Shown: positions 11,501-20,700 of the stretch, in pieces
Numbering within the stretch: position 1 is the first letter of the stretch
How the letters are laid out: the number at the start of each line of letters is the position of its first letter
NCBI GenBank assembly: GCA_964342815.1
Contig: CAYFHS010000010.1
Location: 2,534-66,533 of the forward strand
Length of the DNA stretch: 64,000 nt
Direction of reading: 5' to 3'
Origin: an uncultured archaeon
Lineage (GTDB): Archaea; Thermoplasmatota; Penumbrarchaeia; JASLWR01
Made by a program: the position numbers and the translations under genes
Notes under the pieces: generated by a model
What the model saw: the letters and a program-made list of their open reading frames with translations, nothing else
What the model was told of the DNA's origin: nothing
Database searches by the model: none

Positions 11501-12138
11501 GATTGGACCCGTCGGAGATCGACAAGGAAGCCCATAACATCGACGTGCATAATCGGTATCCCGTGGAATTCTTCGAAGCCGCCGTGCGGCAGGAAAGCCC
11601 CAAGGAGGTGGATGATATAATGAACAAGGTTGCCGAGCGTATATCTTCACCTGCCCAGTATGAGGGTTTCGGTTTCACTCATGACACAAAGGATATATCG
11701 GAAGGGGTGACCACCACGGCCTATAAGATATTGGGCTCCATGGACGCGAAGATCGACGGGCAGCTGAAACTGGCCACCATGATCAGGGCGGTGAATGATT
11801 CCTTTGTTGCGGCTAAGGTGATCGAATCGCATTTCATGCCTGATATGATAGGTAACTTGAACGCCTTCTCGCGTCAGAAGATGAAGTGCTCATCATGCGG
11901 TATGTCATTCAGAAGGCCGCCCATTATGGGGGCTTGTCTGAGCTGCGGCGCGAAAACTATCAACATGACGGTTCACAGGGGTATGGTGGAAAAATACATC
12001 AAGACCGCAAAGAAGATGGCGGAAAGGTATGACCTCCCGGTATACACCATCCAGAGGATCGAACTCATCGAAAAGGCGATAGAATCTCTTTTTAACAACG
12101 ACAAGGTGAAACAGACCGGTCTGTGGGATTTCTGCTGA
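8545..12138 (+). CDS. polC: DNA polymerase II (PolD) large subunit DP2, intein-free
   Basis: GPIRSAGGT, GGFRLRYGR, FKDGTIRFD, LAPHTSGG and HAAKRRNCDGDED motifs, C-terminal Zn finger, and PIP-box-like QTGLWDF. Confidence 0.98.
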   Translation: METKSENGSVEGPACSPEMKSYFSQMHHHCMACYSVAREARAKGFDPEIDVEIPPAEDLASRVENLVGPVGIAEKIREMTRKQSSREMVAILIAKHIVKTGEFRTKDEAMDQAVRTGLAIITEGVLVAPLEGVSEVSIRQNDDGSDYLKIGFAGPIRSAGGTGQAVGVLIADVVRREMGIGRFKVRKNEIERYKEEFHLRKASQYKPKDEEIENIVKNCAICLDGDGTEKKEVSGYRNLERVQTNQVRGGLCLVMAEGLCQKAKKIKKLVDALGIEGWDFISKLIKKEKKVEKKGPATIFDYTPIPKTKYLRDVIAGRPVLSLPSAIGGFRLRYGRGRTCGLAAIAIHPASMLVAGEFLAVGTQVKIEFPGKAGAITPCDSIEGPMVELHNGSLLQVNSVDKAKELKKKISRIIDLGEVLIPFGEFSENNHMLMPPSFAKEWWQQLLEEKLMDTGIEAEDTRDISGRLLDTNFSNSYFLSAHFGIPLNPAFNLFYHDITPETLHFLGSYISERGKITGGSDLTPPGSADLPELGRMARETKENHRLELMMNGGDESCAAKELLCVLGALHEQNEDTVILDKYGEALVKCLGLIIGEKGEISKPPSWESVFSDYGVKIDDENIVRKWSAKKELKYEDEAHYVKVNDNKYWGATLKLIRGLSGIDIYPRAPTRVGARMARPEKANERKMKPAVHCLFPLGAAGTDRRSLKKANEVRRFTAEVGRRSCSKCGKYTFKYVCPVCNNHTVHKGEVVIEKKILDFYTIYGEARKNLGMGAAPEAKGVKGLMSKFKTPEPLEKGLLRAKNEVFVFKDGTIRFDMTDVPLTHFRPREIHTPVEKLRKLGYTLDIEGRELENDHQLLELKVQDILCSRRGMDYFFRATHFIDELLVRFYKQPAFYNLEVAADLVGHLVVGLAPHTSGGVLGRIIGYGDARVGYAHPFYHAAKRRNCDGDEDCLMLLLDGLLNFSKSYLPGTIGGQMDAPLVLSTRLDPSEIDKEAHNIDVHNRYPVEFFEAAVRQESPKEVDDIMNKVAERISSPAQYEGFGFTHDTKDISEGVTTTAYKILGSMDAKIDGQLKLATMIRAVNDSFVAAKVIESHFMPDMIGNLNAFSRQKMKCSSCGMSFRRPPIMGACLSCGAKTINMTVHRGMVEKYIKTAKKMAERYDLPVYTIQRIELIEKAIESLFNNDKVKQTGLWDFC

Positions 12139-12208
12139 TGATGTGGCCGTATCCGGGGTAGGGTTGGTTGAAAAGTTGTGGGTATTCGTATTATGAGAAT
12201 CGAGCTCT

Positions 12209-12610
12209 TCAATTCCTCTCAACCAGTTCAACCAGTACCCCGTTCATGCTTCCGGGGTGTATGAACACGATCCTTGCGCCGTGAGCGCCGATCCTTGGCT
12301 CCTCGTTTATCAATCGCACATTCTTTCCCTTTAATCTCACCACTTCTTTATCAATATCGCTTACCCGGAACGCCATGTGGTGAAATCCCTCTCCCTTTCG
12401 TTCTATGAAACGCCCGACCGGTCCATTGGGTTCCGTAGATTCCAACAGCTCTATGTTCACCGCTCCAACAGGGATCATGGCTACCCTTACTTTCTGTTCC
12501 TCTATTTCCTCTATACCGGAGCAAGCGAGCCCGAGTATACTTTCATATCTTTCGATAGCAGCAGCGAGATTTTTCACAGCGATTCCCAGATGATCTATCT
12601 TTTTCACCAT
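12209..12610 (-). CDS. mce: Methylmalonyl-CoA epimerase
   Basis: IDHLGIAV, IELLE, GEGFHHMAFRV and FIHP..NGVLVELVE motifs. Adjacent to the mutase. Confidence 0.95.
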   Translation of the reverse strand: MVKKIDHLGIAVKNLAAAIERYESILGLACSGIEEIEEQKVRVAMIPVGAVNIELLESTEPNGPVGRFIERKGEGFHHMAFRVSDIDKEVVRLKGKNVRLINEEPRIGAHGARIVFIHPGSMNGVLVELVERN

Positions 12611-12631
12611 ATTGTCCTCCTTACCTTTTTT

Positions 12632-14296
12632 TTAAAAAAGCTCCAGTGCCTTGTATTCTCCGAAAATGTCCCGCAGCACGTCGCTAATTTCCCCCAGGGT
12701 GGCATAGCTTTTCACCGCCTCTATAATGATCGGCATCAAGTTTTCATCGGTTCTGGCTGTCGTCTCCAGCCTATTGAGTACTTTTTCCACCTCTTCATTG
12801 TTTCTGGCAGCTTTCAGCCGTTCCAGCTGAGTTTTTTGTTTTTTCTCGATGGAGGGATCTACCTTCATGGTCTCAAGAGTTGTGCTTTCATCTATCTCGT
12901 ACTTGTTCACACCCACGATGATTTTTTTTCCTTCTTCCACATCCCTTTGGTATCCGTAAGCTTTTTCGGCAATCTCGCGCTGAATATAACCGTTTTCTAT
13001 GGCTGAAAGTACGCCACCCATTCCTTCCAATCTATCGATATATTCCACGGCCCCCTTTTCGATCTCGTTGGTCAAGGATTCTATGAAGTAGGAGCCGCCC
13101 AGAGGATCAACAGTATTTGTTACCCCGCTTTCATGTGCAAGTATGTGCTGGGTCCGAAGAGCGATCCTCACAGCCTTTTCACCCGGCAGAGCCAGAGCCT
13201 CGTCCATGGAATTCGTATGCAGGGACTGGGTGCCACCCAGGACCGCGGCCAGGGCCTGGATCGTTACTCTGACGATATTGTTTTCCGGCTGCTGGGCTGT
13301 TAAACTGCACCCGGCGGTCTGGGTGTGAAATCTCATGAGCCACGACCGGGGATTCTTTGCCCCGAATCTGTCGCGCAGCAGCTTTGCCCACAATCTTCGG
13401 GCTGCACGGAATTTTGCAACTTCCTCGAAAAGGTCATTGTGCGCATTGAAGAAAAAGGCAAGACGAGGGGCGAATTTATCCACATCCAATCCCTTGTCCA
13501 TGGCGGCTTGTACATAAGAAATTCCGTTTGCAATGGTGAAGGCCACCTCCTGTATCGCCGTGGACCCTGCTTCCCTGATATGATAACCACTGATGCTTAT
13601 GGTATTCCATCGGGGGAGCTCCTTCGAACAATATTCGAATATATCAGTTATCAGGCGCATGGACTCTCTTGGCGGGAAGATGTAAGTTCCTCGGGCCACG
13701 TATTCCTTGAGGATGTCGTTTTGAACCGTTCCGGACAACTTCTCCGGTGATAAGCCCTGTTTTTCGGCTACGGCGATATACATAGCCAGCAGTATGATGG
13801 CAGTGGAGTTGATGGTCATGGATGTGGAAACCTTATCCAAAGGAATGTCCCTGAACAATACCTCCATGTCGGACAAGGACGAAATGGCAACACCGCATTT
13901 GCCTACCTCGCCAAGAGACATGGGATGGTCCGAATCGTATCCCATCTGCGTCGGGAGATCGAAAGCTACGCTCAATCCGGTCTGCCCCTGTTCCAGCAGA
14001 TATCGATAGCGCTTATTCGATTCCTCCGCCGTAGCAAATCCGGCGTACTGTCTCATGGTCCACAATCTACCGCGGTACATGGTTGGCTGAACTCCCCTTG
14101 TGTGGGGCCATTCTCCTGGAAATCCGATATCGTGGAGATAATCTATATTTTCCAACTCTTCAGGCGTGTACAACCTTTCGATAAACTGATCCGAGACAGT
14201 TTTGAATTCACCCTTCCTTTCAGGGAATCTCGCCAGCACCTTACCCAGTACGTTCTCTTCCCACGTTTTTTTGCGATTTTTAAAGTCCTTATCCAT
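12632..14296 (-). CDS. Methylmalonyl-CoA mutase, large (substrate-binding) subunit
   Basis: [59 protein letters not shown] and TQSLHTN motifs. No B12-binding domain. Confidence 0.95.
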   Translation of the reverse strand: MDKDFKNRKKTWEENVLGKVLARFPERKGEFKTVSDQFIERLYTPEELENIDYLHDIGFPGEWPHTRGVQPTMYRGRLWTMRQYAGFATAEESNKRYRYLLEQGQTGLSVAFDLPTQMGYDSDHPMSLGEVGKCGVAISSLSDMEVLFRDIPLDKVSTSMTINSTAIILLAMYIAVAEKQGLSPEKLSGTVQNDILKEYVARGTYIFPPRESMRLITDIFEYCSKELPRWNTISISGYHIREAGSTAIQEVAFTIANGISYVQAAMDKGLDVDKFAPRLAFFFNAHNDLFEEVAKFRAARRLWAKLLRDRFGAKNPRSWLMRFHTQTAGCSLTAQQPENNIVRVTIQALAAVLGGTQSLHTNSMDEALALPGEKAVRIALRTQHILAHESGVTNTVDPLGGSYFIESLTNEIEKGAVEYIDRLEGMGGVLSAIENGYIQREIAEKAYGYQRDVEEGKKIIVGVNKYEIDESTTLETMKVDPSIEKKQKTQLERLKAARNNEEVEKVLNRLETTARTDENLMPIIIEAVKSYATLGEISDVLRDIFGEYKALELF

Positions 14297-14702
14297 GACA
14301 TCACCTTAGAGACCGGATTCCCGGTAAATTCGGACCCTGTTAATTGGATCGAATTGGGAAATTTTTTTATAAACTTACCAGTTGATATTACGCTGTTTCC
14401 GGTTTCGCCTGCATGAAGGAATAATATCACAATGCCTATTGAATTTATCGCCGTTTTATCCCAACGTCCACTGCGAAAATGCTCCAAAACAAATCCCATC
14501 TTCTCCCTTGGCAAAGGAAATATATAGTATGAATGTGGATTATAGAAGATTACGTCATAACGAGAAAATGACGCCTATGCTAATATATGATAAATGAACG
14601 TTAGGATATTAAGGTCCTATAACCATACGATTTTCCATAACGGAATAACCGCCCAAAACAAGGAAAATATGACCTAATCATTATTGTAATTGAGGTGAAT
14701 TA

Positions 14703-17700
14703 ATGGCGACAACCGGTCCCGCCTATAGGCTTTTGTCTATTATTCTTGTCTGTGTAATGTGCCTTAACGGCATCCCACCATTCACGGATCCCGCGAACGA
14801 AGCAAGCGCAAGTATGTCCAAGATATCAGGTCTGGACAGTGAGAATCTATTTCATCAAGTATGGAGTAATAAAACGGATTTGAACAGCACTCTGAGAGAA
14901 GAGCCCAGAGATATTTTTACTACCGGGGGCTTTCTGGACCTGGACAACGATGCCCTGTCCGAGATCGTGGTGGGCGACGCAAGCGGCTGGTTCTATATAT
15001 ATGAATTTAATGGAACAGATAATAGCTATACTGAAGTGTATTCAAATGATACCGGGGGTTCCACAGTTTATGCCGTAGCCTATGGTGATCTGGACGGCGA
15101 TGGCGACCTGGAGATAGTCACCGGGGGCGATAACAACCAGCTAAGGATATACGAGTGGAACCAAAGCAACGGCAGCGATAATTTCACACTTGCAAATTCA
15201 AGCAATCTTGGGGGAGTTGTGAGAGATATTGAGATACGGGACCTGGATAATGATTTCAAGAATGAAATGGTCGTAGGATGGGACCAGGGCGTAACAATCT
15301 ACAGTTTCAACCAGACATATCATTTTGCAGAGGAGTTTCACTACGGAACGGATCATCCGGTTTATTCCGTTGCCACAGGTGACTTTGATTCTAACCTGAA
15401 AACGGATGTGGCGGCGGGTGAGCTGAATCACAGCTCGATATATGTATTCGAGAACATAGCCCAAGATGCATATAGCCCGGCGTTACTACAACCCTACCAG
15501 ATGAATCAGGGAAATGCCTCAGGAAATGTTCTTTCTCTCGAGACCGTGGATATCGATTCGGATGGAAGGGAGGAGCTGGTATCCGGTACTAACACCGGTG
15601 AATTGTACGTCATCAATACGCCGAACAACTTTGCCAATATCACTTTCAGACAGCTGGACAAACTAGGTAGCAGTGAAATATGGGATATTTTCATAGAGGA
15701 TGCTGATGTGGACCAGAGAGCTGATATATTCGTTGCAGCGGATCACAATTACCGAGTATATGATTATGAATACGTGTCAGGTAATATTGGTTTATTGAAC
15801 AGTTATGACAAACTTGTACTATCCGGACCGCTGGGATCGAACATATCACCTGCCCCCAGTTCCATATGCGTAGGGGATCCCGATGGTGATGGAAAAGGTG
15901 ATGCGATTATAGGATGTTTCGGCGACGCCAATGATTCAATGCTCTTCGTGCTCGAAAGAAACGTATTTAATGACGATGCGGGAGTTATTGGAGTAAATTT
16001 TCCTATTGATGGAGGGACTCTTCCCACCGGTACATATACTGTAAATTCCACTGTGAAGAACATGGGCGTAAGACAGGAAAACATTGATGTGAATTGTTCC
16101 ATTTACGATTCGAATATGAATTTAATATATTCGTCAGATGAATTTGGCATCCAGCTTAACTCCGGAGAACGGGCTTACGTGGACTTCGATTTTCCCAAAT
16201 GGGCGGCGAATGTTCAGGGAACATATCACATTAACGTTAGCACCGATTTGCAGGTAGATGAGAACCGGTCAAACGATTTTAAAAATATCACTATCAATAT
16301 TACGAACGTTTACGATCTCGCGGTTCAAAACGTGAGCTTCAGCGGAATGGCACCATACGGCGAAGGAGAGAATATATTCATTAACGCATCCATCCGCAAC
16401 GAAGGAAACATGCTGGCCAATAACGTGTCGGTATATCTCATGATAAACAGCACTCAAGGTTATCATTACAATGATACCGATCAGAAAATAAACCTCAGTG
16501 CTGGAAATACAACTGAAATCGCATTTACACCTGCCTGGTCTCCCCCCGCTGAAGGGATATATACGGTCAATATTTCGATAATGTGGGACCTTGATAACAA
16601 TATTTCGAACAATTATTCGCATCAGCCTTTGGTTGTGAACAATACAGTGGACATATCGGCGGAAATCAATAAACTTGTCAGTTCCTTCACAATTATCGAC
16701 CCGTGGGACGGATTTGACATATTCAACACAAACAGCAGCCTGATCGTGAACGGTACCCTGAAGAACTTGGGTAACAAAGAAGAAACCTTCAATGTAACTT
16801 TGAACATAACCGACGACAACGATACCAGTGTATTTCTGAACGAAAAAGAACTGACACTTAAAAAAGGTGAGCTGGCGGGCGTGGAATTCGATAAATGGAA
16901 CACGGGAAATATAAGTTACGCGAACTACACGATTAACGTTTCCGCCCACGAGCCCGACGAAAATCAAAATACAAATAACAACTATTCAACAAAACGAATT
17001 AGGGTCTGGGACATGTACGACCTTGAAGCATCCAATATTGAACTGAACCGATCGACTCCCACGAACAGCAACATTTCAATGCGTATCAATGCCACAGTAA
17101 AAAATACCGGAAATCTGAACCTCTCCGATTTTACCGTCCGGCTGGAGATAAGAAATTCCACGGGAGCCCTTGATCATTCGGAATCCACCAGAGTTCAAAC
17201 CACGGTTAATCGGAGTGAAACCATTACTGCTTCCTTCAATGTGAACACCCCGGCCACTGAGGATGATTACACGATAAACGTAACCGTTCTCTATGAAAAT
17301 GATACCTACTTGGCAAATAATTTCACCACTCTCGCTATCAAAGTAGACGACCTGCATGATATCAGTATGGAATCCCTAACGTTCCAGGGCCTGAACGTCA
17401 AATCCCATTATTCAACAGGTGTTCATTCTTTCGGAGCCACTGCCAGAAATCTCGGAAATACCAAGGAATCATTCGACGTCGAGATAAAGGTGGGTCACTC
17501 GAGCGGTAACAACGTAACCCTACTAAACGATGACATGGAAAACGGCACAGGCGCTTGGGAGCACTTTTCCTGGGAAGGGGATGATCTCTGGCACATGGTC
17601 AATTCCAGCAATTCGTTTCCGGGTAATCACAGCGCCAATACGAGCTGGTGGTTCGGCAGCGAGCAATCCGGTCATTATAACAACGGCACAAAGGCCATCA

Positions 17701-20700
17701 TTTACCAAACAATAGACCTCGCTGACTCTTTCTATGCAAGTGTTGATTTCTGGATGAACTATTCTTTCGAGACCGGAGATGACTACTGCCGCTTGCTCAT
17801 CAACAATGATACCACACTTGATCCCGCGAACGCTTCATGGACCGAAATCGACGGCCCGTATACCGGGAACTCCACCGGTTGGATATGGAATGATATCAAT
17901 ATCTCATCATATGCCGGCCAGAAGGTCCAGATCGGATTTTATGTCTTTTCCGATTCAGATAATGACGATTTCAGAGGATTTTATCTTGATGATCTGCGGG
18001 TCAATATTACACAGACCGCATTTGACCGCCAGAATACGGTGAACAAGGAATTGGAGCCTAACAACAGTGTCATCATTTCGGATGCCTATAATTTCGCCCA
18101 GGAGACCGATTATATTATAATTTTCAAGTCCACACTGCATAACGATGAGTTGGACGGCAATAATATAACAACTTGGAAGTTGAATGTTTTAAATTACCAT
18201 GATATTGGCACCACGGGAACCGTAATGGTAACGCAGCGGAACGAGGAGATACGAAATTCCGCCTCTTTCGAAGGTCCCAACGATCCTGCCTGGAGTCATG
18301 GCGGGGTCAATGACGATTGGGCTAGGGGAATGCCAGTATCGGGTCCTATGATGAGTCATTCCCCGGAGAACGTTTGGGGTACCAACCTTGAAGGGAATTA
18401 TTCTCCCAACACTTCATCCTGGCTTCGAACACCGCTTCTGAAGAATATCCCGTGGGGTTCCGAGATTGAGTTTTGGGTGTGGTATTCCACGAATTTTTCG
18501 CTGAACGATATAATGAGTTTTCAGATTTCCAACAATAATGGAGCTACATGGACCACTTTGAATGAATATACCGGGTCCACACTGGCATGGAAGAAAGAAA
18601 ACTTTCCTCTGGGGGATTTCTACGGTAACCTGTCCTGCCGCTTCTTCTTTTCCAGTGATGGTCAGGTCCAGGGTGACGGGTTTTATATTGACGATTTCAG
18701 GATCATATCGAAAGCTCCATTCCATATAGGAGAGACAGCATCCTTCGACGTAACTATAGAGAATTTCGGAAACGTCCCAGAAATCAATCCAGAAGTATTG
18801 ATGACCGTTACGAACACCGAAAACCTGTCCTACAAGTTCACACAGACAAAGATATTGGGGGCGACGCTTCAACCGGGGGACAGTCACACTTTCAACTGGA
18901 ATTTCCTGGCTCCGGAAAACGGCACATACCGGCTGAACTTCGACACTGTGCTTCCCACCGATGTGGATTTGAAGAATAACCGGAGTATTGGTTCCATAGT
19001 AATGTACAATCATACGGATATATCAGTAAAGGAAATAACCGAACCATCTGATGATAATGTATTCCGCATGGGTGAAATCCTAAGGATAAATGCTGTGATC
19101 GCCAACGAAGGGACGTGGGATTGGGACATGGTTCCCGTGACCTTCAATATCACAACCAAAGTGAACGGCAGGATCATGGTGAAAAATCTCAAAGTATACA
19201 ATCTGTCACTGGCAAGGAATGAGACAGGTAACGTAAGTCACAATTTCACCATACCTTATGTGCAAGGCGCCCGGTATGATATCAGGGTGTCGGTACAGCG
19301 AAACAATACCCTGGATATGAATTTTACCAATAATAACCAAACCATTTTCGTTTATGGATTGGTTGTTGAAAAAACACCCGCCTTATTCGGTTACATTAGC
19401 TCGAAATTCGACGGAAAACCCATAAAGCTCGCTCGTGTTTCAGGCTCTATCGATGAAGCCTCTCCAAGCTGGACACAAACCGATGCCAGTGGATTCTACT
19501 GGTTCCAGTTGGACGGTGGCGATAGCGTGGAGATTAGTGTTATCAAGGAGGGTTTCGTCACGCTGACCACCTCTGTGAAAATAGTCCTGGATAATAATTT
19601 CCAACCCATGAACCTCCGGAAGGATTTGTCTCTCGATGTGTACAATAATGTACCTACGGTCAGCATAACAGAAGCACCGGAATTTGCCCTTAAGGGTGAA
19701 TCCGTGATCTTCCATGTCGGATTCGGAGACGCGGACGCGGGGCAAGTTCATTTTTTCAACATTTCGTCTAATCTTTCAGGCAGTATCGACATTGACGGCG
19801 GAATGCACCTAGGCACCAGTTCATTATCTTTTAACAGCTCTCAGCTTAAGCCGGGCACGCACAGGATTTTTGTTAACATTTCCGATCTATACAGCAGTGC
19901 ATCTACAAACTCCACACTTGTTATCTACAGAGTTAGAAATATTGACGAGAACTCTGGTGAACCGACATCGGTGTGGTTGGAGGGAGAATATGGAGGAAGC
20001 GGGGAAGTGCTCCTCATACACAATAATACGAAACCTGTGAATTGTGAAAATATATCCCATGATCTGGATTCGGTGGGGCAGTTCGCCACGGTAAATATGA
20101 CCGGACAGGGGCGGATCATATGGGCTCGGATATTGTTCAAATATTCCGAGGATGCCTTTCCTCCAGGAACTTATCAGGAAGATCTGGGATTATTTTATTA
20201 CAATGATACCGATGGAAAGTGGATTAAACTTGAGGATACGGTCATGGACGGGGAAAACAACAGTATATACCTTAATCAAACTGATCCGCCCCGGGACCGA
20301 ATATATGCTCTCCTTGTAAAACGAGACCTCATTCCACCCACGATCACTGATGTTTGGCCAATTGACGGGGCCAGTGATGTGGACGTTGTCTCCAATTACA
20401 CCTTGGTATTTTCCGAACTTGTCGATCATAACACCATAGAGAGCGCAATTGTGGTTCTGGACAGCGGTAATAACGAGATCGAATTCGATCTGGATGCAGT
20501 TGATGATGCAGTGAACCGTACCACCACCGTAACGCTGAATTTCACGGAATCGCTGGCGTATCTTCACACATATATCTTAAATATCAGTGCCAATCTCAGC
20601 GATCTTGCAGGTAATATCATCCAGGAATTTTCATTCAGGTTCACAACGATAAAGGTTCCGGTCAGTACCGGTACTCTTATCGTGAGGGTCCGAAACGAGA